Assembly (NCBI RefSeq): GCF_037042905.1
Contig: NC_087251.1
Location: forward strand, 46,254,001-46,318,000
DNA: 64,000 nt
Origin: Lytechinus pictus
Lineage: Eukaryota
Reading direction: 5' to 3'
Shown: in pieces, positions 37,379 through 51,393 of the stretch
Position numbering within the stretch: position 1 is the first letter of the stretch
How the letters are laid out: each line of letters starts with the position of its first letter
Notes under the pieces: generated by a model
What the model was told of the DNA's origin: nothing
Seen by the model: the letters and a program-made list of their open reading frames with translations, nothing else
The model's database searches: none
Made by a program: the position numbers and the translations under genes

Positions 37379-40300
37379 TAGTACAAATCACTACCCTGTA
37401 TGTTCTTGCCGAATTCGCAACAACAGCAGAATGAACATGGATGAGCTTTAAAACACTCAAAGGTAGAACATAAGAGTGCGACTATAGCACATTGATAACT
37501 CTTCAACGTTTATTGATGGTTAGAGTTAGATTCAAGACTTAGATTATATTTTGGTGTTTTAAAACATACATAAGATGTAATCAATCACATTGGCAAATAG
37601 ATATGCTCGCAACTAGCTGTAAACATGGTAAAGAAAATCAGTATCAACATAGTTTGTTAATACGACGAAAATGTGGTTTTATGAATTATGATGGAAAATA
37701 TTATTCTTACGGAGCTCAGTTTTTTGTGTATACTGATCAAGTGCATATACTAATGATTCTGATCAACTATATTTAAGACTGAATGATACATATCTTTATA
37801 AAGTTCAATGCTTGTATATAAGGGCCGTTAAACACACATACCTTGTTTTATATGGTCACGTTAACACGTATGTTTATTAGTAGCCGTCCAAACGTGTGTA
37901 TACCTGTTTTACCAAATAGTTATAGTGTAAATGTATATTATAGAAGATTATATTTATATGATTATGACTGTGTGTATACATCTCATTATCCATGTATAAT
38001 ATGATACAAATTATTAGAATAATTGTGAAAGTGTAACTGATCGTGAAATGTTGGCCTGAACTTTTTTTGTTTCTCGAAAAGTCTTGAATAAGTACATTTT
38101 CCAAGAGGGGTTAAAATGATTGTTTACCATGTTGGGTATATATAGGACCCTGTAACAATCGATTTGTACAATCAATTGCAAGTTTTAATCCGTGATTAAT
38201 AACAGTTGCAATTAATATTGTATTAATTTGTGTCACAGGCCGTGTCTGACAGCGGGAATATAGCAGGACCGATGAAAAAATCAAGATCATATACATCACT
38301 AAAAAAGAAATCTTTAGTTGTGTCAGGTTTGACTAAAAGATAAATTATGTATAGTGTAGATACATTTCAATCCCATTTGTTGTATGACTAGATATTTATT
38401 TTTTCATGTCAAGTGCAATAATAGAAACCTTTATTTATTTTCCAACCATTTTCCTCGTTCTCTCTCCCTCTCTCTCTCTTCTTCTCTCTCTCTCTCTCTT
38501 TCTCATATCTGCTTTGGATTTTTCTTTCAATAGCTTGTACAATGCAATCTCCCGTTTATTAGTATGTCTGTCGAAAAGGTGATACATAATTTAGTGTATA
38601 GCCTGTATGCACGTACAATGATGTTTATGACCTTCATTACAGATATAATGTACAAAATTGTTAACAATGGATGACCAAAGAGAGCGAAAACCCTTTTTTT
38701 GCCTCAGCCAGTAATCAATTTTTCATCATCATAGTTATTTTGCAAAGAGTCAATTCAGATAAATCTATGAAAAAAAGTCATCAACTTTGTTCAATTAAAC
38801 GTTTGATCAAAACATTTGTATTTTGTTAAAATTGCGATGGTGATAATTTACATGAATTATGTAACTATGGTAATTATTCCTCAAGAAAATATCTAAATAT
38901 TAAAGGGTTTAGCGTAAACATTCGTTTTCTAGACTATATCCATTTTCAAATTCACTCTTCTGAAATGATTAATTTGATATTTTAATTAATGAAAAGGAAA
39001 AGTCCTCCTCAATGAATTTTGATAATCTTGACAAACATCAGTTACATACAGATAATACACATTAGTCATTGTTCGTATTACACTCTAAAAATCAAGAATT
39101 TAAAATAAATCCAGATCGGCTGTAGATAGTGACCAGCCGAATGATGGATTTATCTAAAGTCTGTCGGATCAACTTTCAAATCTCAAAAGATTTAAATTCA
39201 AATCTTTTAGATTTATATTTGAATCTAAAATGTTTAAAACTAAATCTAATATTCCTGTCACAATTATTACTAAAGCAATAGCTAGCATTCTTCTTTCATT
39301 TTAAATTCTCAATTTCAATTCATTTTTCAATTTCAAATATCTTTTAACAAAGTTATTTTCAAATATTTCAAGTTATTGAGGCTAATGACTATCATTCACT
39401 CATATGTTACAGTTCCATCAATTTATAACATTTATAACATCCTATACACAGAAAGATTGTAATGAAGCTAAATTATTATGTTTTTGAAAAAAAAAACGAC
39501 AGTTGTATCCTCTTGTAAAAAGTAGATATTATTGATATGTGTATAATGAATAAAACATTTTAGAACTAGATTTAATATATCTCGCGTTATACTCAAGTAT
39601 TTTTTGTGAAGCTTTTGTCTCTCGTAACTCATCATTAGTAGTAAAGGTTATTGCAAGCAAATTATAGATGTTCGGTAGGTAACGGGAGAAAATAAAAACA
39701 GTCAAATACTCAATAAGTAAGTGAGAGTGGGGAAATGAACAAGAAAGAGAGAGGGAGAGAAAGAGGGGGGGGGGGGAGAGGGGAAGGGGGGGGGGGATAA
39801 AAGTGTATATAACAAAATTATAATAGTTGTTATGCTTACCTATTAGCTGCTAACCCCTGGTCATGATTTTGTTGTACACTTGCTCATTATACTTGGTATG
39901 GGTCTACTATTCATATGTCTAAGATTGCAGTTTTTGGCAAATTTTATAGGAGATTGAGATCTAGATTTACAAGCAGAAGGGTCGATTTCTAATTCTATGA
40001 TAACGGATTTCTAATTCAGTTTTGATTCGACCATTATGTATACAAATTCGAGTTAGGTATTTCACTTGACAACACAAGAACTGGTCAAAGAATCATTACA
40101 TTCATAATAATCGGAGGGCAATATTATAGAAGCAAACAGGAGCGCCATTTTTTTGACATCCGAGAACAACAGAGAGTAATACAAATTATTTTTTCATTGT
40201 TTATTTTATACTGGAACCAAACAAACACACATCCCAACACCCTCCCACACATACCCACGCACACGCGAGCGTGCACGCATGCCCTACGCACTTACACACC

Positions 40301-40964
40301 CCAAAACCATGCACCCACCGGCCCACCCACTCACACCCTCACATCCACCATAGAAACACACCCACGCCCACTCTCGCACAGCCAGTCAAGAAAACATCCC
40401 CAGGTCATTAGCAATGAGGGAAAACGAAAACCTACTGACAGAAAAAAGAATACTGGGAAATGCAAACGAAATTGAGAGTGAAAGAAAACAATATCACAAA
40501 GAATTCCGAAATATGAGATCCAGAGAAGGTGTAGTTAATATAATAATTCCTTAATGTATATAATCACCATTTGGTAACGAGCAACACCATGTCAATAATG
40601 TTTTATAGAAGGTGAGATAGGCTTGGATATGTAAAAGGTGTCCCTCTCCCATTTTCCCGCCAATTACAGCAGCCTCAAATCTCACATTACAATGCACACA
40701 CTTTTCCTCAGTTCACTTTCATTTTGATATCCAATTATCTCAACACTGTCTTGTTTGGTAAAGTAATTGAGTTTGTTCTTTGACGATCTTTAGGTCCTTG
40801 GTGTTCTCAAGGAGTGTAAATGTCTATCAAACTATGTAATGGTAATTTCTCGCCCTTTTGTTGTAAACGCATTGAAAGGACATGATACAGTATTATGTAG
40901 TCCAATATGAACATGATAATAATTATGATATTGATAACATTGAAATCATGCTACTTCTTTTAAT

Positions 40965-41056
40965 TATCACCATCATCATCACCACCATCACCATCATCAT
41001 CATCATCATCATCGGCGTCATCATCATCATCATCATCATCATCATCGTCATCATCA
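40965..41056. repeat. (ATC)n microsatellite
   Basis: CAT/CAC repeats. Confidence 0.9.
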
Positions 41057-43629
41057 ATCCTGCAAAGCATATTATGAATAAAGTATAGTGTATGGTGACC
41101 TGACTAACAGAAATGTAAAGACATTTTCTCCTAGTTGAACATACTATACTCAATAATGAATTTTTTTTACAGTTTGTTAATTGATGAGACGATTAATACA
41201 TTATGCTTCGTCTGATCACAACAAACATCTATACTCCTTGTAAGAATGTTCACGCAGTGTATAGGCACAAGTTTTTGTCGTTTGTTTGTTCCATTAAGCG
41301 GGGCTACTTTACCAAATTGTGTAAAAGAATATTGTGACTCATTTGCTCCCTGTAATGACTATTTTAATGGGGACGCACATTAGTACTCGCTTGAGTAAAG
41401 AACCCAATTATTATTAATCCCGCTTAGTAATGAAGCGAGACTCGATTTCATAAGCTGTTGCCATGGTGATCCATCATCAACAGGGAACCCTGATGTGTAT
41501 ATTAACATTTGCGTTGCTCGCCGCGGCTTTCTTTTTTTAAATTTTTCTCCTTTTTCTAAAAGGAACTTTGATGATAATAGCGTTGTGTTATTATCAATTC
41601 GGTGAAATTCAAATGAACCGAGTTGATATTACTTCATTGTTTTTGTTTTATAGTGGTTTTTAAAATGTAATGTAAAAATTACGCCTGTATATACCTAGAT
41701 ATATATATTTTTTTCCTGGCGTCGGTTTAATGTACAAATTATATATATATGTATATATGAAGGACAAATGGGAAAATGGAAAAGAGAAGATTTACTATAC
41801 CAATGGGATAGGGATAACCCTATTGCACTAATTTCAATTTTCTCGCACACACATATACATACCCAATCGCCCAACTCTAACACACACGCTCATATTTCTC
41901 AACACCCACATACACACCCACACACACCCCGACCCATGGTCCCACCTCTCTCACACACGCCGAATGTATTTTGTTTGAGTTGTAACCCCAAGAAGGGTCA
42001 TTACATGGGTGTATATAACACTGATACTCTTCTTTTTCTATATGTATAGATTGCAGTGTCATATTAACGAGCAAATTTCGATAAAACAATCTTTACAATT
42101 TTCGTACACGTTGTCATTTATACCAGACGGAATAAAATTAATTGACTGATTAGATAGGATGCACTTTCTGTCATTACTACTCTCGCTTACTCGATCCCAT
42201 CCCCCAACTGATCTTTTAATTTTCCTCTCTCTATTACTCTCTTTTCGCATCCCATCGCTTTCTCTTTTCCACACGCCCTCCACTCTCCCTATCTCTCCCT
42301 CTCTCTACCTACCAATCTCCAACTATCTTTTTCTCTTCCTCCCTCTAGTCCAGAGTTGCTTTCTCCATAATTCATTTAATCTCCGTTCAATAAAGCATCG
42401 ATGCTTTCACCGAGCCCATTCCGTATCCATGGCACCTGTCAATAAACAAAGAAACAAACCCCCAACCCATCGGGCATTGCCGCTTCCATTACTCAAAATG
42501 TTGTCTGCTATATGCTTTCCACGATGACACGGATACCAGATTAGCTTTAAATCTCTTTCTCTCCGCTTTCATCTCGCGCTGTCGCCATATACCAATCAGT
42601 CCATTTCTGTTATAGCATAAAGCTCTTACCCGTTTAACAAACAATGATTATTTTTCCAAAGCGTTCGAATTGCATCGGTGTTCAAAATCAAACAGCACTT
42701 TATAGTCTATAATAAAATCCATCCTCGCATTATGTAATGTTCTAAATTGTACTCATCATCTTGGCATTGTAGTAAGAATCATTAGAAGCATTGATCACTT
42801 CACCAAAGAACAACCTTGATCACATAATTGGTAATCACTATTTTTTTTTTTTTGAAAAGCCGACTCGGATGGATGAGAGAGGGTAAGTGGGTGTGTGTGT
42901 GAGATTGTGTTGGTTGGGGTGTGTGTGTGTGTGGGTTGATGATGGTGTATGTGTATTTGCGTGAGATGGGTAATATTGAACGTGTAAAAGTGCGTGTGAG
43001 TGTCTTCGTATGAGGATGACTGTGTTATAGATTCCCATTTAAATACCGACACTGCAAAAACTATGGTGTTAATTTAACACCAGCCCGAACATCTATATAT
43101 GTCCACACCAGAGAAGTGTTAAACAACACCAGTTTCGTTTTGGTCTAACACCAGATAGGTGTTTATATAACACCAATTAGTATTAAAACAGCATCGATTT
43201 GATTCCAAACTGGTGTTGTTTCATTGGAGGTAAACAAATCTCACATTTAAAAACGCTATATCGATTTTTTTGTTGATGTACGTGGACTTGATATCGGCAT
43301 AATAGAGAAAGGCAAATATACATGTAGAAAGAAGTGATTTCTGACATCAGATTCTGGAAAATGAAAGTCACTTTTGTTTTTGTTCCTTTGTAAATGTTGT
43401 AACTTGCGCTAAAAGGGGAAGTCAATCATCATGAAAACTGTGTTTATTTATTAATATAAGAAAATGTACTGATTCAAATTTAGAATACTCAGTACATAAT
43501 AGATGTCATTCTTGCATTATTTCATTCATGTCAGAGTTAAAATTTTGCGTGAATAGCCTTGGGTTTTTTTTTGGTTTATAAGTCAGATCTTTGATATTTG
43601 AAATCATTTCGTTCATGACTCATAAGGTA

Positions 43630-44219
43630 TAGTCACGTTGATGATAAATTGTGACTATTCAATGGAACTAAAGACAAGTGACATACGTCAGAGATACGTC
43701 ATGGTTTAGTTAGGAACTTCTTTATGATGAATTGGGTGATAATGACATTTTGTTCAGAGTCCCGACGAGCCATATACTGTACACTGTTCGAAAATTTATC
43801 CTTAAAATAAAAGAAGTTCCTGCAGCAGAGTTTCGAGAACACCTGTAATCTTACCAGATTGTGTAATCTTACAGGAAATTGGTATTTGGTGTATGAATCT
43901 TACAAATTTCCTAAAATAAAACACCCTTTTTCCCTTTTTAAACAGACCTGTTCTGTTAAATTGCAGAAAAATTCCTGTTTTATGAATTTACAGAATGATT
44001 CTGTTATTGCTTTCTGCAAATTCTTATTTTTTCTGTAAAATCAGGGTTTTTTAACAGTGTAGTCACGTTGATGATAAATTGTGACTATTCAATGGAACTA
44101 AAGACGAGTGACATACGTCAGAGATACATGTACATCATGGTTTAGTTAGGAACTTCTTTATGATGAATTTGGTGATAATGAAATTTTTTCATCAGAGTCC
44201 CGACGAGCCATATATTGTA
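43630..44219. repeat. ~150-bp direct duplication bracketing a MITE
   Basis: 43630-43781 is approximately equal to 44060-44219 (TAGTCACGTTGATGATAAATTG...CCCGACGAGCCATATAYTGTA), with a few substitutions and small indels. Confidence 0.85.
43782..44059. mobile_element. CAC..GTG-type MITE with TA flanks (278 bp)
   Basis: TA|CACTGTT...AACAGTG|TA. A partial diverged copy (TTCCTGCAGCAGAGTYTCGAGAACAC) is at ~32575-32700. Confidence 0.7.
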
Positions 44220-47200
44220 GGAGTGATTCACAACATGGAGAATACAAGGTGTTTGTTTGCCTTGTATATCTTATTTCACAAAAAGCAAAATATATAGTGC
44301 CAAACCGTCAAAAATGGAATGATATTTTAAAAGAAGAAGAAGAGAAAAGGACTTTTATAGGGACAATGTTAAAAATAACTTAGGAATATAAGACCAATAC
44401 AGGATTAACAAGTGAAGCAATGGACATACACAAGATATACATGTAAAATAAAGTATGAAAAACCAATGTAAGACCAATCATATATTGTTAAATCTTACAT
44501 AGAATTATTGGGAACTTCAATTATCAAATTGGATAAGTCCGGCTGAGAATGTAAAGAACTGGAAATATTGCGCTATTGTTTGGCCTTTAAGTTTATTTAC
44601 TTCACTGAATACCTAATGAATCTTGCTAAACCTTATGAATAAATGAACAAGCAAAATCACTAGTAAAAGCATCAAACTGGTGAATTCCATTTTTCTGATC
44701 ACGTCAATGTTGTGCCTCATAGGAGTTATAATTTAACCTTACTCTTCTTCTTCATCATTCATCCATTAGACCAGGTTACGTGCATTTTAGTATATTCCAA
44801 CTTTTCAGATATCATCGCACATACAAGCCGATTTATTTTTTTCAGAGACCCTTTATTCTACAAAATGTAGTTGATTACATGGGGGTTGTCTTTTTACATC
44901 TTGAGATGATATATTGCTGCTTATTCATTTTTTTTTTGCTTTAATTCCGATGATAATCATGTTACTATTTTCCTATTTTCTTACCTTGTTTCAATTGAAA
45001 AATAGAGCCAATAGAGGTTGATAATTTCTTTCTTTCTTTATAGCTTATTCAGTGAAATGAGTATTTCAAGCGAAGATATATTTACAACTGTGAGTCAGGC
45101 CGTGCGTAAATCCTTGACCTATTCTTATATTATTCAAATTTCCTCTGCTTTTTAATGGTCAGATATCGATGGCTATCTATTTCAAAGCGCTCTTTAAAAT
45201 TCAGGATATTGATATTCTCCGGACAAAACGTATCAACGTCACACTTATAAGAGGCAGGCGGTTTTACGCTATCGTAAATAATATTTCAAGCCCTTTCTTT
45301 TGAGATGCTGGCCTCGTCAATCTCGTAGTCATGGAAACACGTATTTACTCCGCAAACAAACGAGTTTCAATAACCATTTCATTTGCACAATGGCCAAGGA
45401 CCTATGAAATAATGAATATGCACGCGCACCTCAATTATTTACAACATTATTCAGTCCTATATACATCGGTAATGACGATAATATGCTTTTGGTACCGTCA
45501 AGCTTTCATACAATTTAGACTTGTTTACTGAATGGACGCAATAATTATACACATATGGTAATTTGATTAATGGATATCGATAAAGTTGAAATGGAAATTC
45601 AATTCGAGGGGCCATTACGACAATTAATATACGCAGAAGACTTTGCATCAAAGAAAGGCATCATTTTGGACCAAGGGGAGAAGAATTTCAAATTAAAGGG
45701 GAACGTGCAATCGATACAATGGAAGTCGATTTATCTTTCATTTACATCTAATGGTGAAATGGAAACTTTCCGTGATTTTGTGAAAATTCGAGCAAGATTA
45801 ATGCCAAACATAGACCAATCAATAGAACAAAATCAGTTACTATCATTTGATAAGATATCCGTTTAATCTTTTTCTTGCTTATTGAAGGAACCCTGAAAGA
45901 AATAAATTGGTTATAAAAGTAATGAAGATGACAACCACCCGCCCCTAGGTGTCCTGTTGCATGTTCAATTAAATTCTACACAATCACCATGTCAATAAAA
46001 AGGAGAAAGGAATCCTTTTGGTCAACATCGCTATTACTGATTACTATTTTGTTACTACAACAATCTTATATAGAATGACCTGATGCGTTCAAATGAAGTA
46101 GTCCTGACTGAAGTACACTCTTTGTTATCAATCAGTTGATTAAGAGCGACGTTAAAATGTTTTGTGTGAGAGCGTTCTTGGCACACATCTCGGTTTGAAC
46201 TGCCCTGGTTTGATCTTTTCAATCCTGCATCCTCAAGGGCTTGTGAAAATGGTCGAGAGCAAACAGCAGTAGCCCGGGAGACAAGCCGGGAATTAAGTAC
46301 GCATTCGCAGGAGACAAAAGAGCGCGAATAAATATTAGTGCACCGTGCTGTTTATTCAAGGAAAATGTTTGTGCGCGAGTGTGTGTGTGTGTGTGGGTGG
46401 GTGCATTAGGCTGCGCGTGAGGGTGTGTGAGTCAGTGTGCGAGGGAGGGTGTGCGTGTTCGTGTGTCTTTCTGTGTTGCACTTGCACACCGTCGATGAAT
46501 ACCACTTTCCTTGTTACAAACACCAATGGACAATGAGACGGTGTTTACCTCGATTCCTAGAAAGAAGGCCCTTCAAAATAATGTATGATGAAGAACACAA
46601 ACGACCAATGCTATACTTCATTACTGCTTTGCGTCGTGTTGGTTGGGATTATCATGCAGTGGTCCCAAATAGTGCAAAGCTCTCAATGCAGAGATTTCAT
46701 ATTTTCGGAGGAAAGAAAAAATTTCCTTCAAATATAAGACAAAAATAAAGTATAGATGAAATGAGAGAACTACAGGAGGGTTTGGGGAGGTTTTGTACAA
46801 CCAGTCAGTGAGTTATTAAAAATCTCTTATAAAATTTTCTATTATCTGTTTCAATGAAGAATTTAACTTCTTATTTTTTATATTTACATCATTACGGTAA
46901 TTTTCATTTATAGTCATTTTTATGTAAAATCCAACAGTGTGTTGTTTACTGCTACTCGAGACATAGTGATGCAAAACATACCACTTCGAAGGTTCGTATA
47001 AATTATTGAAATTCACAGCAATGATAGTTTTGATCATTGATTTATTGTCCAATCATTGTCGAATCATCGTAGGATGTGGCATCTGATCCTTAGATCATAC
47101 CACTCATCATACCATGACATTACAGTAGCCATATTACATTGATGTCCAAACAGCAACTTGAAAAACACGAACATAGAATAGATATATTTAAATCATTGAT

Positions 47201-48910
47201 TGATATGATAAGTGAAGCTTTCAAATAACTTTCGAACAACTTTTGAATAATCAGAAGAGCATATAGACTATACATTACGTCTGCAGTGATCATCGTGACC
47301 ATTTCAAAAATACTACTTGATTGATCGATTTCAGTTCAACATGTCTTTTGTAATATTTAAACAATTATTTATTCTAGACACTAGACATCTTGTTCAATTT
47401 TGTATAAAGAATTTTGCATCAGAAGAAAATGTGTTCATGAGAAATGAGAACTTTCTATATTCATGTAGAATTTCTTTCTTCGATGTGCATTGCACATTGC
47501 GTAATTTAATCACTCTCTGCATTTTCAAAATAGCGAACAACGTTTTATATATGTCTCTTTTCTGCTTATGGTGTTCGGAATCATATATCATATGCTAATT
47601 GCACATAAGAAATATTCATAAATCCCTGCGTAAGACTAAAATATCAAATTCAGTATATTGTGATTATTAGTGCCATTATCAATTTTAAAACAGTAATTGG
47701 CAAGACTCAACTATTCACATATCATTCTCAAATAAATACTTACAAATATATGTGTTCTACAAACATGACGAAGTTGTTCCTTCAAATTTACCGTATAAGG
47801 CTTGAAATCTTGAGGATGATAACACAATATCAGGAGTTGTTTTTAGGATCCACTTTGGTCATCCTGTTTAACAGTACTTCATACATGTCATAGTCTTCCG
47901 TAATATATGAACATCCTGTCGTGTTTATAGCCATCACTGACGCATTTCAGTGACTACCTGGATTAGTTCACCAAACCTGGATTGCATTCTCTCCTTGAAA
48001 TCTGTTAATTACGATTTTGCATTAGCAGGATGAGGTTTTTCAGTATTTTTTTTTGCACAGTTACAGATTGAATATCCATTTCATATTCAACAGTCTGAAC
48101 AATTTTATCCAATTCGAAATTTAATGGACAATAAAGCAATATTTCAGACTTTCAGAAATATTCAATATTAAATATTCATGTCGCCATAATTTTATTTTCC
48201 CCTGAACTTTCTTTTGAAATGCCTTAATGAAATGTCTGTATCAGGGGCCGCGGAACCAGGGACGGGGCTTTCTGTCCCCCCCCCCCTTATTTCAATAAAT
48301 GTGTACATTTGATTGTGTTTTTGCATAGTCAACCCCCCTCTACTTTCAAAATGGTTCAACGACCCCTGATTGGCACTGAATATCTGTATCAATTACCACT
48401 TTGTTTTAAAAACAGTCGAGAAGGGATTTGTGCAATCATGGTTTGAATACTTTATTTCAGTCTGCAATAGATTACTTTATTTACTCTGGAAATTAAATGA
48501 ACAGGTTAACATGAGGAGAAAAGACATTTGTTTCCTTTCCGACTCAAATATATAAATACAAATATATATATATATATATATATAACTTCAAGGACAAATT
48601 ATACATTCGTCATACTGCTGCTAAAATTGTACTGACAATGAATCTGACAATGAAAGTAATCTTTTATCTCACTTACCAGACATAAATATTGGCTGGTTAA
48701 CCTTATGAAACGAAAAAAGAAACTTATATGAAATTCTTTTAAACGGAAGGGGGTGTTTCCCATTACATGATCTGATGATTACAACATGCCTATGCCTGTC
48801 ATCTATTTGCCACATGGTAAATCGCGAACTTCCGCCCCCTCCCCCCCCCCAAAAAAAAAAAAAAAAGAATACGCATCACAAAAAATTGATAATGATAAGA
48901 CAGAAATTGA

Positions 48911-49966
48911 TCAGAGTGTCATAAGTCTACTCGTATGGTTCCTCTTAACAAAAGAATCATCCATTATATCATTTTCATCTTCCAAGATATCGCTAGGGGG
49001 TGTTGGTGCCCCCGGTCGAGCAAGATCAGTTCCTTTGGTGAAGTCCGATTCAAGTATATCCGACCGAGGGGATGGCGGCTTACGGCCTCGACCCTTGCTG
49101 CTCTTTGGTCTCACAAAAGTCGTATTTGACACGGTATGGGTCGTATCTGTGACTCTGCTAATGGGGTAGTCATGTTCCAAATCGTGTGAGCGAGACATTC
49201 GTAGAGGCCGATGCTTGTTCGACGTATATTTTGTCTTATTGTTATCTTTGATAGGAGAGGAATTGTTGAGAGTATCTTGGGTCTGCTCACGAGACGGTTG
49301 CATCCGACTTCCGTAACTAGAACGCGGTCGTTGTTCACTTTGGCCTGATTTTTCTTTCGAAGAATTGTGCGAAGATGACGAATTCCCGTTGGTATGGGCA
49401 GTTTGGCATTCGCCGGCATCACCGAATTCATCATCAAAAGAGGCTGCTCTTCGCCTTCTCCCGTAACCTGTCGAAGGCCTAGCCTGGGTGTGGGTATCTG
49501 CACCCTGGATGATACCTCGTTTGGAATCATTAGTAGTTCTATCATGAACATTATTACCTCTACTCTCGCATCTGAGGGAGAGTGGTGGCAACTGACTCCG
49601 TGTTCCTTCTCGTTGCAATGCAGATGGCGATGTTTTCATGATTTCACGATCAAAGATATGATCCTGATCTCCAAGGTTCAAGCGTTGGGTGTGTTTTCTG
49701 TGACCTTCATTGTGGTTGTTCTGATCACCTGCATTGCTACCCCAGGTGTCTTCCAGCGACTCGTGAAGCTGCCTAGGGGTTGTTGCACCGCTACCTTTGA
49801 TCGCAGGCAGAGCCTTTCTGCTTTTGGAAACATCACCGTTAGTAAAAGAATGTTTGGTGAAGTGATTCTGCTGTTGAATGATGTCTAAAACCTCCCTTAC
49901 AGCTTCAGGTCTATGCGAGGGTCTCATGCTTCCAGAATGACAAGTTTCACCAAAGCTATCATCCAT
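48911..49966 (-). CDS. Uncharacterised, probably intrinsically disordered S/R/D/T-rich protein (351-aa ORF; single exon or large exon)
   Basis: 1056-nt stop-free ORF from an ATG in AACAATGG context, with clearly higher GC than its flanks and non-repetitive sequence. No domain recognised. Contains repeated RPx[ST] motifs. Confidence 0.6.
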   Translation of the reverse strand: MDDSFGETCHSGSMRPSHRPEAVREVLDIIQQQNHFTKHSFTNGDVSKSRKALPAIKGSGATTPRQLHESLEDTWGSNAGDQNNHNEGHRKHTQRLNLGDQDHIFDREIMKTSPSALQREGTRSQLPPLSLRCESRGNNVHDRTTNDSKRGIIQGADTHTQARPSTGYGRRRRAASFDDEFGDAGECQTAHTNGNSSSSHNSSKEKSGQSEQRPRSSYGSRMQPSREQTQDTLNNSSPIKDNNKTKYTSNKHRPLRMSRSHDLEHDYPISRVTDTTHTVSNTTFVRPKSSKGRGRKPPSPRSDILESDFTKGTDLARPGAPTPPSDILEDENDIMDDSFVKRNHTSRLMTL

Positions 49967-51141
49967 TGTTTTTCTTGATTACCACAGATGGAAAGTTGAT
50001 ATGAACCATAATAAATGCTTGAAGTTAAACGTCCAAAGATCCTATTTCATTTTCCCAGAAGAGTCGAGTTATCCAACCTTCATTGAAATAACCCTTCCTC
50101 AATGATGCCAACCGTACGCTACAAATGACATTATGGAATGAGTAGGTATTAAATATGAGTTCTTGGCGCACTGAAGAGCGATCGGACGAATCTAATCAGA
50201 TGACAGAGAGCTGAAGCACGTCATCAGAACGAGGCAAGCTCGCAGAATGGCAAATAATTACAATGTGTGTGCTCACACGCACCACACACAGTCGCACACT
50301 CTGTTTGCACTCACATAATTGATTAGGAGAAACCTGTCAGTGCCACCATGAGATGGCGTTATGATACTTTTTGTTGACAGCAGCACAGTTTCATATCACC
50401 CCACACTAAATGACAGAACGCATTAATAGAATTAAACTTATAGCATGAATAAAATGATAAAATTGTTTCCCAAGCAAGCGAGCGAGCGAGTGGTTTGAAA
50501 GAAAAATATAAATTTTCAGTCGTAAAACCTGCCTTGGGTCCATTGGCACTATTTACAACTCTAAATTCTTGGAATTGTGTTAAAAAGATGTACAATATAT
50601 CATTTGAAATTATTTTGTTTGCGGACTGGAGAAAAAGTGATCATCTGAAAATTCCATAGAGATGTGTCAATAATACATAGGGCCTGCATCTATATGGAAA
50701 ATTGAATATCACCTCATCCAGTCAGACCACAGCACTGCACGTAATGTGCTACTACGGAATTATCGCTGGGGAGATCATAAACATAGCTTGGGCCATGTAC
50801 GTTAGCTCTGAAAAGGGTTGAGTGATGTAGGCATATGTGTCAACATGTCATATTAGGCATAACATGTTTGATGAATAAAATGCATTGATTGTGTTTTCTC
50901 TATACTTGCTCCTTCAGGGGCGAAAAAAGGTAAATGAATGACAAAAAAAGAAAATATTTCACAAATCCACTGAAATCAACTTCAAGGACAAAAATGTGAA
51001 GATTAAAAATTGTTTCCTCGCAAAGTTAGTCCCATTTCCTTATGAAAAAAGAGCCGGGAAGGGGGAGGGGGGTAATGTCCCCTCCTGCGATTCTGCTGCC
51101 GATGCAGAAAGCCAAAGGGCGTTTATAATTGCAATTACTTA

Positions 51142-51393
51142 AAGGGGTACTCCAGGCTGGAGTAAATATGATTTAAACAGATAAAGAAAAATCAGACAAA
51201 CAAAACACTGAAAATATGATCGAAATCGGAGAAGAAATAACAACGTTATGACATTCTAAAGTTTTGCATTTTTAGGTAAAACAGTTCTTGGCATGTCTTC
51301 TTGAATATTCAATGAGCAAATTGATGATGTCATATCCCACTTGTTCTTTTGTATTTTATCATATAAAATTAATCATTACTGCAACTTATTTCA
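51142..51393. mobile_element. Left fragment of a TTAA-target (Kolobok-like) MITE
   Basis: TTAA|AGGGGTACTCCAGGCTG start. AACACTGAAAAT..ATC.AAATCGG resembles the subterminal region of 28544-29147. No matching right end seen. Confidence 0.45.

Noticed and set aside
42375..42700. Possible small - strand exons (acceptor ~42436, donor ~42629)
   Set aside because: The joined peptide is short and unrecognisable, and the splice-like sites could be chance.
45570..45892. 98-aa + strand ORF, and a - strand acceptor-like site at ~45893 followed by a hydrophobic frame
   Set aside because: No recognisable domain, and I could not link it to other exons with consistent phase.
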